Source: Octopus vulgaris
Lineage: Eukaryota
Assembly (NCBI GenBank): GCA_951406725.2
Contig: OX597821.1
Span: 66,836,001 to 66,900,000, forward strand
DNA length: 64,000 nt
Direction of reading: 5' to 3'
How positions within the stretch are numbered: the stretch's first letter is position 1; every line of letters starts with the position of its first letter. The notes below the pieces were generated by a model that was not told the origin of the DNA, did no database searches, and saw only the letters and a list, made by a program, of their open reading frames with translations. Shown in pieces: positions 27,391 through 41,713 of this stretch. Position numbers and translations under genes: made by a program.

Positions 27391-27830
27391 TATATGAGGG
27401 ATGTGTAGCTACGCTTTCTGCGAGGACGAACAACATAGGAACATGTTATCGCTCCTTAGATCTACATGTACCTTTTGCTTACTGTTGTTTAGCCGTAGAA
27501 TGTTCACGAGTGAGCAGTCCTTTGATGAGCAGTAACCATCCCTTTATTTTTCCCTATGTGTAATGGACCCACAACTATTGCACTCATTATGTTACTTTCG
27601 AAGTTTAGTTGCTATTTCCAGCAGTTAGAACCACAACGTAGCGACTCCTTCTGTGCCTCTCAATTACTGCGATCACCTTAATATTCCTACAAAGAATTCC
27701 TATGAACGGAAATATAATATAACGAAGTGCAAGCACCACTGGCTACAAACACCCTGAGTCACTGCAAAATGTGTGACCGTAGACGCAATTATTGTTTATA
27801 ATTTAGAAATCATATAGAAAAATTGTATTA

Positions 27831-28017
27831 CAATAATCCCTCGATTATCGTAAGTGTTACGTTCCAAACCACCTGCGATAAGTGAACAAAAATATTTTTT
27901 TTACTATTTTTATAATTTGTATATATTTATAAATGCAAAACAACACCACGGAGGAATCGACATAAGCTTCAATGATAAACCGCGATAAGTGAGCGGCGAT
28001 ATGGCGAGGGATTACTG
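27831..28017. mobile_element. Tigger/pogo-type MITE, 187 bp
   Basis: TA-CAATAATCCCTCG ... CGAGGGATTACTG-TA, with internal repeated GCGATAAGTGA motifs. Confidence 0.85.
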
Positions 28018-29014
28018 TACATTGCTACTGTGGTAATTGTTGCGTTGCTGTTTGTATTACAATGTTGCCATCATCATTATTATCGATGCAGTTATCCCTC
28101 CGAGTAGACTGTTCCGTTGATCAGATCAGCTGGAACCTTCGTCGCCATAACCGATGGAGTACCATTCCACAACCTGTAATACACTTATCACTGTTATAGT
28201 TACTACAGCCAATTCTCTTGTTTGTTCTTTTTGCAGCTAATACAGCTGCTGCTGCTGCTGATGATGATGATGGTGCTGATGCTGATGCTGATGTTGGTAT
28301 TAGTTGCGGATGTGTGATTATTCATACTGATATTCTTGTAGACGATTTCCTTGTGTTGTTTTTTTCCCCTTGTATTTAACGTTTCTTCAAAAACTTCAGT
28401 TGAGTGTCTCGGTCAATTTATTTAAAATAATGGTTCGGTTTATCTCGAGGTCATTTCTGGCAGAAAGATAAGGCTAAAATGACCAGTCTTGTTCTACTTA
28501 GGATGACATCTTTATAGCAAATGGTCAATTCAATAGACAAGAAGCACCAACATCAACCAACACCATCAGCACTACCACCACCAACAACAACAACACCACC
28601 AGACTGATTTATAAATATTTGGGGGAGAAGGGAAAGATTAACCGATTGTATTAAATACACATACAAATACAATCATAAACACACACATACAAACGGATAT
28701 ATGTATGTGTGTATTTGTGTGTGCATATGTAGTTGTGTTTAACTACACAGACATACGTATATATGCATATGCATGCACGAATTCAGATGTGTGTACCAAG
28801 AGTATAAACAACAGATATAAAGATATTCTCAATCTTAGGCAAATAGAGAGGTACAACAGATTTTCATTTCTTGTTTTTGGGAAGGTTTCCTTTATCTTTT
28901 GTTTTGCTTTGTTTTTTTTTCAATATACACGTTGTGTGTGTGTGTGCGTATGTGTAAAGAGAATGATATAATGGTAGAGCCAAGCACATATCCATATCTA
29001 TAATATTCTATGTT

Positions 29015-29139
<125 letters not shown>

Positions 29140-29173
29140 ATGTTTGTATGTAAGTGTGTATATGAATGTGTCT

Positions 29174-29214
<41 letters not shown>

Positions 29215-29297
29215 TACATATATGTGTGTGTGTGGCTGTATGTGTACATTTATATAGGTAAGCATTTATATGCGTGTGCTCGTGTGTATGCGTGTGT

Positions 29298-29337
<40 letters not shown>

Positions 29338-29696
29338 AAGAGTGAGAGAGACAGAGTGAAAAAAACGAGACAGAGAATTTATATGTGTATCTGTTCATGT
29401 TTGTGTGTATGTAAAATGGCAATACTGAAATAATTCTACAAAATATTATTAGTGATGAATAGGATGAAGAGAACGAGAAGCAAACGTCGGATTATGAGGA
29501 TTATAATGATGATAATATGATATCAGTAACTATAATAACAAGAATAATATAACAATAAACAATAGCAGTGATAATAATATCATAATGGTTACTGTGATTT
29601 CTTTCTTTGCCGCAAGGAGACGAAATCAAAAGACGAAAGATATAAGCGAACAAGCGAACACCAAGCAATAGATAATGGAGTGTTACATAGTGATAT

Positions 29697-29794
<98 letters not shown>

Positions 29795-30069
29795 AAATAT
29801 ATATACATATATATGTATGTATATATATATGTATATATATTTAGATATATATATTCGTACGTATATATTATTTAATTACGTACGTATATACATACATATA
29901 ATGGATAGATGAAAAAGTATTAATTCACACATATTTAAACACACTAGTGAGCGACCGCTTACACACGCCTGGATAGTCACAAAAATATTAGGAATAGCAT
30001 TAATGTTAATAACAAGATTAACACAGATTTATTTCGGTTGTCACAAGACTAATAATTATACAAGGCTAT

Positions 30070-30365
<296 letters not shown>

Positions 30366-30770
30366 TACCTTAACCAGTTGAGCATGTCCCTTAGTGGCTG
30401 ACGATATGCATCTCTGATCATGAGCAGAAGTAGTGGGGGAGCATCATAGCCATATGCTGAGAGGGTTTCTTTGGGGTTCGAATAATTCACCTCTGGAAAC
30501 ATGGGTGTTTTGTTCAACATCCTTAAACAACCAATATTCAGGGACCTTTTGGGCGGGATGGGCTACTCGACCAGAAGAAAATTCTAACTGGGCCCCACCA
30601 GCAAGATCACGTGCTGTTTATCTTGATATGAGATTACTATGTCGCGCACATATGGTTGTGACGCATGTGCCTAGTATACACTAATCAGACGGGAAGTCAT
30701 GATGGGTATACTGGGCTTCGTATATTTTACCCCAGTCTCACTTTGATGGCATGCACTGCTCTCTCACTCA
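30366..30770. mobile_element. Non-coding interspersed repeat embedded in (AAT)n (family R)
   Basis: Highly similar to 51640-52004 (GAGCAGAAGTAGTGGG...CCAGAAGAAAATTCTAACTGGGCCCCACC...GGGTATACTGGGCTTCGTATATTTTACCCC). Both copies are flanked by AAT repeats. Confidence 0.8.
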
Positions 30771-30784
30771 ATAATAATAATAAT

Positions 30785-30950
30785 CTTGAAATTGAAGTAT
30801 TCAGGATGAGGGGCATGAAGTGAAAACAATACCAATAATAAATAGAACACTGATTATGTTAAAAACCTGGACTCTCAACACTACACACATTCTCAAAAGT
30901 TGCCCTACTAGGAACATCCCACATCCTACGCAGGATATTATTAATTCAAT
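30785..30950 (+). pseudogene. Decayed 3' end of R4/Dong-like element
   Basis: LEIEVFRM...KVALLGTSHILRRIL in broken frames, homologous to 31730-31925. Confidence 0.65.
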
Positions 30951-31044
30951 AATACCACCCTAACAAAACATTCCACGAACGCAAGGCACACTCTATATAG
31001 TAAATAACTAATAAAATAAACAATGACAACACGTAGTCACAACC

Positions 31045-31157
31045 ATATGAGCATTTCATCCGAATCCATCTAGTGATTCTTGAGATATCTTGCCAACGGA
31101 CAAACAAACCAACGTGACAGAAAATAATACCTCCACCTTCGGTAAAGCGGAGGTAAT
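31045..31157. mobile_element. Helentron-associated (HINE/DINE-1-like) end fragment
   Basis: TTTCATCCGAATCCATC...GAGATATC...(ACAA)n...AATACCTCCACCTTCGGTAAAGCGGAGGTAATAA terminal hairpin. Confidence 0.45.
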
Positions 31158-31164
31158 AAAACCT

Positions 31165-31365
31165 TTCTGTCATAGGTACAAGGTCTGAAATTTGATGGTG
31201 ATGGGGCGGGGGGCAGTCGATTAGATCGAACTCAGTCGCAAATGGTACTTAATTTACTGACCCCGAAAGGATGGAAAGCAAAGTCGACCTCAACTTAGAA
31301 CGTAAAAACAAATGAAATACTAGGATTACGCCCGACGTGCTGACGATTCTGCCAGGTCACCGCCT
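31165..31365 (-). mobile_element. SINE S2 (alternative-tail variant)
   Basis: GTACTTAATTTACTGACCCCGAAAGGATGGAAAGCAAAGTCGACCTC core. The tail reverses to TTTCAGACCTTGTACCTATGACAGAAAGG. Confidence 0.7.
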
Positions 31366-31383
31366 CACTACTACTACTACTAG

Positions 31384-31483
<100 letters not shown>

Positions 31484-31501
31484 TATAATTATAATAATAA
31501 C

Positions 31502-32021
31502 AACAGGAAAAAGATGGTATAGGCACACACCAGAAAAGGTCACAGAAAACGAGAAAGTAACCATACTCTGGGATATGCCGATACACACAGATATAGAAAT
31601 TAAGGCCAACAGACCAGATAGAGTTGTCAGAGATCATGAAGAAAAAAATGCTTTCTAATTGATGTATCAATACCGGCAGATGACAACGTGTCTCTAAAAG
31701 AAATGGAGAAACTTTCAAAATACAAAGACCTGGAAATAGAGGTAACCAGAATGTGGAATCTAAAAACAGAAACAATTCCTATCATAGTAGGTGCATTAGG
31801 CATGATAAAAAAATATTCAGACAAATACATAACAAAAACACCAGGACTTACAAATATATATAACTTACAGAAAATTGCACTACTAGGCACAGCACACATC
31901 CTACGCAGAACACTTTCCATGCAATAACCATCAGAGCATCACAACAAATCACAGCACATACCCAAGGCACACAGAGCTGCGCTCGGTAGTGAAGTGAAAG
32001 CACACTATAAAAATAAAACTA

Positions 32022-32025
<4 letters not shown>
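31502..32025 (+). mobile_element. 5'-truncated R4/Dong-clade non-LTR retrotransposon (restriction-like endonuclease domain plus 3' UTR) in (TAA)n
   Basis: WYRHTPEKVTENEKVTILWDMPIHTDIEIKANRPD-(frameshift)-CFLIDVSIPADDNV..KEMEKLSKYKDL..PIIVGALG..LQKIALLGTAHILRR is an RLE PD..D motif domain. (TAA)n on both sides. Confidence 0.88.
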
Positions 32026-32059
<34 letters not shown>

Positions 32060-32079
32060 TGATGATAGCAATAATAATA

Positions 32080-33735
32080 TTTTCTTTATTTGACACACGG
32101 CTGAACACAAATCAAAGGCTGAACACAAAACAAAAAGACGATGCAAAAACAAGGAATAATTGGGACTTGACACGAAAATGTTTACAGTAAAACAATAGCT
32201 ATTAAAATAAAATTTAAACAGTAAGATTCGTCAGTATCGGGATCCGTCATACAGGCGACAGCAGCTGTTCGATTTTATCAAGACATCGGACAAGCGCATG
32301 CAGAACGGTTTCATTACACTCGGATAGGCCCGTCAGACAGGCCTTCCGTTCTCTCTGAGCTTGTCACGAACTAGCAGAATGTCTCCAGTAACGCTACCAG
32401 GCCATGGATTTCAGGAAATTATCCATAGGTCCTGGCCCGAAAGATCTCTGGAAAATAACAGCTAATTGATTTCCCCTGACACCGCGAGACTTCCAGAGGA
32501 CGACGTGGCAGTTAGTCGCCATCAATCCCTCTAGAACTCGAATGTAGGATTTCCATTCACAGCATTGCCCGACTAGCTGAGGACAGTAATCGCTTGCCGA
32601 TAGTCCTGGTGCCAAGAACCTTTACTCGGTGTACACTTGATCCAGGACTTCAGCTCCTTGAATGCAATAAGCTGCAAAAACTCCCTTCTGACAACAGCGA
32701 CCACACCTGCTCACCGTTAAGGAAACGCCGGCAGCATCGCAACCTTAGCTCATTTCTGCTCTTCAATATCCACAGCATGCCGCCCAGCTTCTGCAAGAAG
32801 AAGAAGAGTAAGAGATCCAGCTTTAATAGCAGGGCAAGGCTCGGCAATTAGGAGGTAGTAGATGATAATGGAAAGGATATACGCATTCGTCACCTCTTGG
32901 AACTGGTTCCTCACATCTTGTTTCTGGATGAGAGTTGTCGCCCTACGTGTCACCCCCGTGCCACTTCCTGGCCTCCTGAAAATGGAGACCAAACCAAGAC
33001 TCCAATAGATTTAATTGGTCCTCCCGTCGAGCGCTCTATGTCGCAAACTGACGGCATATACCTGCCTCTTCAGCTGCCGAGCTGCAGACCCACCGAATTC
33101 TGGTTAATCTTTCTTTCTGTCACGTCTTCGTACTACTTTTGGGTAGTACCTATTACCCTTTTTGCCGAGATATTTGAAGCTATTACGATGACATCTCGCA
33201 TCAACCGAAACGAACCTCCCGCTTCCATGCTCATATGGGATTCCCCACAAAATACCCAGCTACTGTAGCAATGGTTCAGAAGCCAGCACGCTCAGAAGGG
33301 GCGAGAGTGGGCATACTTGAGGAACCGAACGTGCGATGCTAACATATTCTAAGCTCCCATTTACGTTGATTATCGAATAGTTGTCGCTATACATTGCAGC
33401 GATCCAGCCTCTGGAAACGGGACTGAAGTTTGCCGCCACGAGGACAGTCCCCTAGTACTGGTAGTCGACCCTATCAAAAGGTCTCGATTCAAATTGATCA
33501 GGATTAATCCCATCCCAGGCTCCTTACCATCTTTATGATATGATCGTGAAGTAGAGGTTGTCATCGTTAGATCTGTTTGGGATAGAGCATTTTGGGGGCA
33601 TCACCGACCAGTTTATCGACGACAGCGTCAATCTTTTGCTTAACACGTTGGCCAAAATCTTGCGCTGCGTTTAACAAAGTTACGGGTCTAATATCATCCA
33701 TATGTCCCCCTTGTTCGAGTCCTTTCTCAGCAGTA
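32080..33735 (-). mobile_element. Decayed Tx1/L1-clade LINE (RT to 3' end)
   Basis: Minus frames: IRPVTLLN, SIPNRS..DNL, a degenerate DRVDYQY, and FGPGPMDNFLKSMAW shared with 59184-59744. Ends GTGTTCAGCCGTGTGTCAAATAAAGAAA. Confidence 0.8.
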
Positions 33736-34344
33736 CAAACCTGTTTTCTGAGAATTAGGAAATTGAAGTTGGATAAGCATGGTTAACTAGTATGAAATAA
33801 AATAAATATCGCTTAGACAAGGAAGAGGATGCAAGTCTTGTTCGAACATGTACCGGTTTTCTTGGAGTATCTACATGTAACGTAATTTGAAAAGTTCACC
33901 ATTTTCTAGATGGATTTATGTTGACACTAAAGGAGGAAGAAATAAACGTTTTCATTTACGAGGAATTGGGTAAAAAGTATCAGGCAATCGAAAAGGCTTC
34001 AAGGTTTATAAACACTGCATCATCAAACTATCAACAACTAGGGGATCACGGGTCAGAATGTGCAGAACCCTTCAAAACTTGACCTACGATCGAAATAGGA
34101 GAAACGTAAGAGGGTCCATGTCTCGTGTCGGTAGTTACCTATATTTTATATAATTTTCAACTGCTGTACGAAATTTTTTTCCTGACTTGATATAATGTGT
34201 TACGTTTGTCTCTTCGTTTTCCTCCTTATTATAAACGAACGCACACACACACATAAACACACTTTCTATGTACAAAAAATTTCGTTGAGCTCTTGTGCCT
34301 GACACGTTTCGTTTTGCAATATGTGACCCTGTGGCTAATAAAGA

Positions 34345-34420
34345 TACTACTACTACTACTGCTATTACTACTACTGCTGCTGCTGCTTCTACTACTACTA
34401 ATACAACTGCTGCAGCTACA

Positions 34421-34469
<49 letters not shown>

Positions 34470-34492
34470 CTATTACAACTGCTGCTGCTACA

Positions 34493-34529
<37 letters not shown>

Positions 34530-34765
34530 CTACTACAACTGCTGCTGCTACTACTACTACTAATATAACTGCTGCTGCTACTACTACTACCACTGCTGCT
34601 GCTGCTGCTGTGACTGCTACTACTACTACTGCTGCTGCTACTACTACTACTACTACAACTCCTGCTCCTACTACTACTACTATAACTGCTACTACCACCA
34701 CCACCACAACCGCCACCACCACCACCACCACCACCACCACTACTACTACTACTAATACTACTACT
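34345..34765. repeat. (TAC)/(TGC)/(CAC) compound trinucleotide repeat
   Basis: Direct reading. Explains the poly-T/A/V/L ORFs. Confidence 0.9.
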
Positions 34766-34970
34766 GAGGTGGCGAGCGCCGGGCGAACTGCTGAACAGTA
34801 TTTCGTCCGTTTTTGCGTTCTGAGTTCAAATCCGTTGAGGTTGACTTTGCTTTTCAGTTTTTCGGGGTCGATGAAATGAGTACCAATTACGCAGTGGGGT
34901 CGATATACCCAACTAGTCCTCCCCACCTACCGTCCCGCAAATTTCAGGCCTCGCGCCTTTAGTAGAAAGG

Positions 34971-34972
<2 letters not shown>
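34766..34972 (+). mobile_element. SINE S2 (alternative-tail variant) ending in (ATT)n
   Basis: GAGGTGGCGAGC...GAGTTCAAATCCG...TCGGGGTCGATGAAATGAGTACC...AATTTCAGGCCTCGCGCCTTTAGTAGAAAGGATTATT. Confidence 0.8.
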
Positions 34973-35041
<69 letters not shown>

Positions 35042-36282
35042 CAGACGAAGAATAATACCAACAATACAACAATAACAACAACAACATCAACTTGGACAGC
35101 AAGAACGAAAAGTAGAATAACAAAAAAACTTCAGAAGCTAAAATCGAGAAAGAGAATGATTGGCCAAGAAATCTGCGAATGAAGATGAAGATGATGCCAT
35201 GACTCAACTTTTAACGAAATATAAAAGTATTTCTTTGAGAACAGTTCCATAGAAGACCTGACATTTCTTGCGATTTCCCATAATTCTATTACAGTCTGTT
35301 GCATCACTTCTCTTGCGAGACGTAATTAGTTCATTCCTTGTTTGTCCTTTTCCCTTTCTACTTCCTCTTGTTATTGTTTTCATTGCTGTTTCCCTAGTGG
35401 TGAGTGTATGAAGCCATATTACAGTGATTTCCCTGGGGGTAACTTTCCGAAACATTTCCTCCCTTGAAACACTGCCAAATTAAGAAGATAAATGCTCTGC
35501 TCTTCAACACGGAAAAACCTCGAGGAAATGTGTATTTACATAATCGATATTTGAACCTGGTAAGAATGTTTTACGATATATTATTTATAGCCTCTACCTC
35601 GAGAGAATAAAGAGATGAGTTAGCGAGTTGGGAGAAGCAATAGATTGCTTCACTGGATGACTAATCAGATATAACGCACTGGGTTCAAACGACTTCGAAG
35701 GCAGAGAGTGTGGGATGGGAGGTATTAATTTTAGTATTTCCCTAACCTATGGTGGATTATGTACTAGTAATGCATTGCGGGAAACATTTTGAAATAAAGT
35801 ATGGTTAACATATATCTATTCTGAGTTCAAATCACATACGAAAAGGAAGAGAGAGACTGGGTGACCCGGTTAGTATATTGTTACCCCAAGGTCCGTTCTG
35901 CGTGTACCGGCAATAAATTGGAGTCAAGATTTTCAAATATACTCTTGCGGTAGGATGAGATATCCTCATTATATACAGAGTACCAATGGAGTGCCATGGA
36001 TCTGCAGAATTGTAGAAAAGTCAGATAAAATGTCTCACGTTATATCTTCAGGCTCATTACGGTCTGGGTTCAAATCCAGCCGACGTCACATTTTCATTTT
36101 TGCATTTCAGTCCTCAGTACTCGATGAAATAAAGGATCACTCAAGTACTGGGGTCGAGAGAATCAACTATCTGTCTCTCCACTTATCTTAAGTCTTCAGC
36201 TTATGCGAAAACCATAATATTATGGTGGAAAATTAGAATTTATGAACTACCGGTCAAGTGAGAGAGACAGATTGAAAGAGAG

Positions 36283-36328
<46 letters not shown>

Positions 36329-36517
36329 AAAGAAAGAGCGAGAGAGTCATACATATGCTCATTGGTAGTAAAAATGTTATCACATGACAGATTAGAATCA
36401 CACTATGCGGTCAGCTTCTGATGCAATGCAGTGATATGTTAGATTCTACATAATCACGATCGCTAATTTCCGGATATTTCATGATCTCGTAGCTTAGTGT
36501 TTAGGTTTTACACTCCC

Positions 36518-36550
<33 letters not shown>

Positions 36551-36562
36551 TAGATAGATAGG

Positions 36563-36628
<66 letters not shown>

Positions 36629-36929
36629 CATAGGTATGTATATATATGTGTGTGTAAGCAGATATACATATATCGATGTATATACACACATGCATGTTTA
36701 TATGTGTGTATATGCACACACATACACGCACACACACACACACGCACACACACGCCCACACACACGCACACACACGCACACACACGCACACACATACGCA
36801 CATACACGCACACACTCACACACATTCACAGACACATAAGATTACATTACCCTTACTGTAATACAACTTATCCTGAACTCGGTGATACAGTATATGCGTA
36901 CATGCATATATTTAAGTACACACACACAC

Positions 36930-36974
<45 letters not shown>

Positions 36975-37033
36975 TATACATATATATATACATACATATA
37001 TGTAAATATACATATATACATATATATATGTAT

Positions 37034-37069
<36 letters not shown>

Positions 37070-37424
37070 AGCCAAATATCTGTATATATACATAAGGGTG
37101 TATATGTCTGTGTATATATACTACATGTAAGTGCAAGCGAGAGAGAGAAAATGTGATTGTTTTACACATGAATTTGTTCGAGCAAAGGAAAGACAAATAC
37201 CATATTTTTTTCTCTAAATAATAAATAAATAGAAAATTGCAGGAATAATGTTTCAAATTGTATGTGATATATAAGATGAAAAAGTTTCTGAATTTATAGT
37301 TTGCTAGATTAATAATTATACATTGTAGTTTAAGGGTCGTAATAGTGTTGGGAAATCCTCTCAGCGACCGTGTATATCTCTACGACTTCATTTCCATTTC
37401 AGATGTGCATGAGGCCATTATCTT

Positions 37425-37820
37425 ATTACTCTATTGCCCACAAGGGCCTAAACATAGAGGAGACAAACAAGGACAGACATACGCATTAAGTGTGTAACTG
37501 GTACTTATTTGATCGACCGCGAAAGGATGATAGGTAAAGTCGACCTTGGCGGAATTTGAACTTAGAATGTAGCGGCAGACGAAATACCTATTTCTTTACT
37601 ACCCACAAGGGGCTAAACACAGAGAGAACAAACAAGGACAGACAAAGGGATTAAATCGATTATATCGACCCTAGTGCGCAACTGGTACTTAATTTATCGA
37701 CCCCGAAAGGATGAAAGGCAAAGTCTACCTGGGCGGAATTTGAACTCAGAACGTAGCAGCAGACGAAATACCGCTAGGCATTTCGCCCGGCGTGCTAACG
37801 TTTCTGCCGGCTCGCCGCTT
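37425..37820 (-). mobile_element. Tandem dimer of SINE S2 (full unit plus 5'-truncated unit)
   Basis: Two successive CCCACAAGGG..CTAAACA.AGAG..ACAAACAAGGACAGACA...GGCGGAATTTGAACT units at 37435 and 37600. Confidence 0.88.
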
Positions 37821-39039
37821 TCATCTAATGATCATATTGATCATTAGATGATGGCCTCATACCATCATATTTAAAAGACATCTGGAAAGAACAGAGATAT
37901 GTATTTTCTTGAAGTACTAGTAATGTAGTGTAATACCATTCCAAATTACCATTCCAAAATGAAATCTATCCATGAACGGATATTCCCGGCAGATAGCATG
38001 TCCTCTTTAATTCGTGGTTTTAAGAAAGGAATTTTAATTTTCACTATTTTCGGTGTAAGAAGAATTCGAATAAATTTTGAACCCTGGAATAAAAAGCGAG
38101 TCTCATTTCTCGATTCACCTGTTCAGAATTGATTTCTAATTTACAGAGAATTACTATTTCCTTGAAATTGATTTAGAATTATCATACAACCTGCTACCTT
38201 TGCTCTTAGAAGACATGAGTTAATATTTCCTAACTATTGACAGGCGAAGACATTTCACGTTTGTATATCCTCAGTAATCCTAATGTTTGAAACTAACAGG
38301 AAAACTACATTTAAGCTTCTTCCTTCCTGAGTAACAATAAGCGTTAGAATATCTTTTAGTATTTATAAGTTTCCTTTGCTTAATTCCAAAATTTCAGAAC
38401 GAAGATGAATTGTTCGTTGCCTCCAAGATGATAATGACATGAGGAAGTTCATTGTTCTGATGAATAGAAGTACATCTTCACACGATGGTGTGTTGAAAAT
38501 ACCTCACTTCCTGACTAGCAGTGAAATGTGTCTAATGTCGGACAACGGAGTAAATATTTTTCTCTTTCTTCCTTCAAAATGCTATAATGTCAATTTATAG
38601 CATATAAAAGAAACTGGAACTTGGCCAATTAATGTTAAATGACATCAGGATAGATTCAACTAAATCATTCAAGTAAAATATTGATATTGTTGATAGTTCT
38701 CTCCTGACCAATATAACTCATCTGAAATATAATCGATAAAACCTCTACATTCAAATTTCACAAATATTTTTTCCTTCTTACTTGACATATATTTATATTA
38801 AGAAAACTGAATGATTCTAATTACAATTATTGTCACCGTAATTAAATTAGCGACGTTAGAGAATGGATTTAACGATGGACTGAATGAATATCGTGTAAGG
38901 TTTCAGTTACGTTAGTTTCTCTCTTTTAAGTCTTGCCATTTGTTAACGTTTTGTCGCCTCTGTTATTGATTCACTTCATTTATTTATTTTACTGTACCTC
39001 GTTCGTTGAAGCTATTCCAGTTACTTTTATAACTAGTGG

Positions 39040-39410
39040 TTTCGAGTTTAATCCCACAACGCATTATCTTGCCCACATAGCTTCTGCTATAGCCAGGGGC
39101 TGACCAGTGCCTTGTGAATGATGTGTTAGAGAGCAAACAGTGGGGAATCCCGGCGTAAATATATATGTGTGTGTTTGTGTGTGTGTGTTTTGCTCCACCC
39201 TACCGCTTGATAACCTCCGCTGGTTTATTTACGGACCAGTAAGTTAGCAGCTGAGCAAAACAGGGGGTTAGAATAAATATGAAACTCCAGGAAAATAAGT
39301 TCTGACATTGGACAAAACAGAAAGAAAGCAAAAAAAAAAAGAACAAAAAACGCTTCATAGTGGTGCCCCAGTATTGACCGCAGTGGAATGGCTTAAACAA
39401 TTAAAAGGTA
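39040..39410 (+). mobile_element. Old degenerate S1 SINE
   Basis: GACCAGTGCCTTGTGAATG...CGCTTGATAACC...GGTGCCCCAGTATTGACCGCAGT. Confidence 0.6.
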
Positions 39411-39734
39411 AGACATGATTAAATCGTTGAGAGAAATGTATTTTTGGAAATGGATATTATAGCTTTGCATTCTGCGTATTATGTGGAACTAGTTTGGTTT
39501 CATTTCCAGGTTTCTGTGATTCGTTTCCTGTTATTTGCTCTTCTAATGAAGTCACCGACAGATTGTCTCCTCTCTCTAGCCACCTTACTGCTACTATAAT
39601 ATTCTCTGCTCCTGGAAGCTAGGTGAACTCATGGTACTTCTATTGAAGCATATCCGTTCACTCAACTCAGTGTAATTAACTAAACAATTGCAGCCAAACT
39701 CAGGCTTTGTACTTACATTTTTCCTTCCTTTGCT

Positions 39735-40065
39735 TTTTCAGTCACTGGACTTCAGCCATTCTGGGGCACTGCCTGTAATTATTTTCAGTCGAACGAATCG
39801 AATCCATTGCTATTTTAAGGCTGGTACTTATTTTATCTGTCTCTTATTTTCAGCGCTAAATTACGAAGACGTAAACACACCAACACCGTATGACAAGCGT
39901 GCACACACAAACACGCACAAATATATATACGACAAAATCCACTCACGAAACTTTGGTCGGTTCGAGGTTATAGGAGAAGACACTTATCCATGGTGGCACG
40001 TATTGGAAGTGGACCCGCAACCATGCGGTTCGGAAGCAAACTTCTTACCATACAGCAATGCCTGT
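39735..40065 (-). mobile_element. Old degenerate S1 SINE
   Basis: GCCATTCTGGGGCACTGCC...GACGTAAACACACCAACACCG...CTTTGGTCGG...AGAAGACACTT...GGAAGCAAACTTCTTACCA. Confidence 0.6.
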
Positions 40066-40069
40066 CTTT

Positions 40070-40361
40070 AGTTTGTTTGTTCCTTCTCGAGCCAGGCCTG
40101 GCTCATATGGACAGGTTTCCCGGCTTCTTTTGCGTATAGGTTCTCCACCTGGACGGGACGCCGGTCCGTAGCAGGTGAGCTGCAAGATGCAGGAGGAAAT
40201 TGTGAGAGAAAGTTGTAGCGAAATAGTCAGCAGAAGTTCGCCATTACCTTCTGCCGGAGCCGCGTGGAGCTTAAGTGTGTTGCTCATAAACACACACACC
40301 GCCCGGTCTGAGATTCGAACCCGCGAGTCTGCTGCTCTAACCACTAGGCCATGTGCCTCCA
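40070..40361 (-). mobile_element. tRNA-derived SINE (S3-related)
   Basis: Minus: TGGAGGCACATGGCCTAGTGGTTAGAGC (A box)...GGGTTCGAATCTC (B box)...GTTTATGAGCAACACACTT...(ACAA) tail. Confidence 0.75.
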
Positions 40362-41663
40362 CTGTGTCTTTAGTAACGCGAGATAAATATATTTAAAATG
40401 GTTGTAATGTATTTCCTTCGTCGTCCATGGTCATTAACACATGTCAGCTTCACACTACAAAGTAACGAAATAGATGCCAATTTAATTTCGTGTGGCATTT
40501 TACAGCACCGAATCATTTCCCATATGCTTTCAACGCGTAGCGAAATGCAATGAGGCATGAAAAAAATAAGTATGTTGGACATGGGCAACACAGTGTTGCT
40601 GACAAGTTATAAGCAATTGATTTATCGGCTGATTCGTTGATACCCATTGGTTAATTATAATGAAGCTTATCAAATTTCTTTGTAGTGTTCAATGGATTAA
40701 TCAAGCGCTCGTGGCCATTTTTGGAGTCTGCAAAGCGAGTGGGTTCAAGGGAGAAAGGTAACTACAAACCAAAGACCTAGCCCGAAACATTGCAACAAAG
40801 GGGCTTAATTTAAAGTTTCTCAGGAGTGAGGCAAAACGTGCATTGGACGATGTCGAGCGCTCAGGATAATTGCTAATACATTCGCAAGCTTCCAATGCGT
40901 ATTGTGTCTACCCATTTTCATTCACCAAACTTGAGTCAGTCCAAGGCTATAAAACAAAGTTTTAATTCAAAATGCGTAACAATACGTTTGAACCCGAACC
41001 TATGTACTTTCAAAGCGGATGATTTGAATCATACAGTCTTGCTCTTTTCTGTTTCTCTTCTTTTCTTTACTGTTATCAGAAAAGAGAGTCTGGTGAAGAT
41101 TTAAGTCCCTCGATGTTAACAAATAAGTAAGGGAAGATAATTTAGAATTGGGATCGAACTAAGGATTGAAACAGCAATACTGTTTTTATCATACATTTCG
41201 CTTTGTGGTACTAACATGATCGTGAACATAAAAGATTATTATTAAAAAATCGTAGATGATAAAACAGGGTGGAAATAATGACGGACTACTTGAATGAATA
41301 AAAGATTAAACGAATTAATTAAAAAGATAACAAGTATTGGCAGTGTGGGTGGAGGTATAATTAGTATTGCATTGTTATTTTCTAATCGTCTCCGATTAAC
41401 GGCTACATCATATAGCTGTCACTGAGTCAAGCAGAAATAGCCATTATGACTAAATAGATTAACGCTATTAAGGATATCTTTATAGGCTTCACCGAAATTA
41501 ACTGTGTTAAACAGAATAGTGAGGTCATCTGAAGTCAACCGGTTGGCGTGTGCCGGCAGAATAACCTGCAGCCACATTAAACTACCTCGCAATTCAACCA
41601 CAGAAGGTTAGTCATTAAAACGGCCAATACTCGATGGAGGCCATTACATGCAGTTTAATAACG

Positions 41664-41713
<50 letters not shown>

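Noticed and set aside
34295-34879. Mucin-like Thr/Ala-rich ORF
   Set aside because: It is a compound TAC/TGC repeat running into a SINE, with no signal peptide or splice support.
37860-38760. Coding-like decayed stretch (SDNGVNI)
   Set aside because: No family could be assigned and all frames are interrupted.
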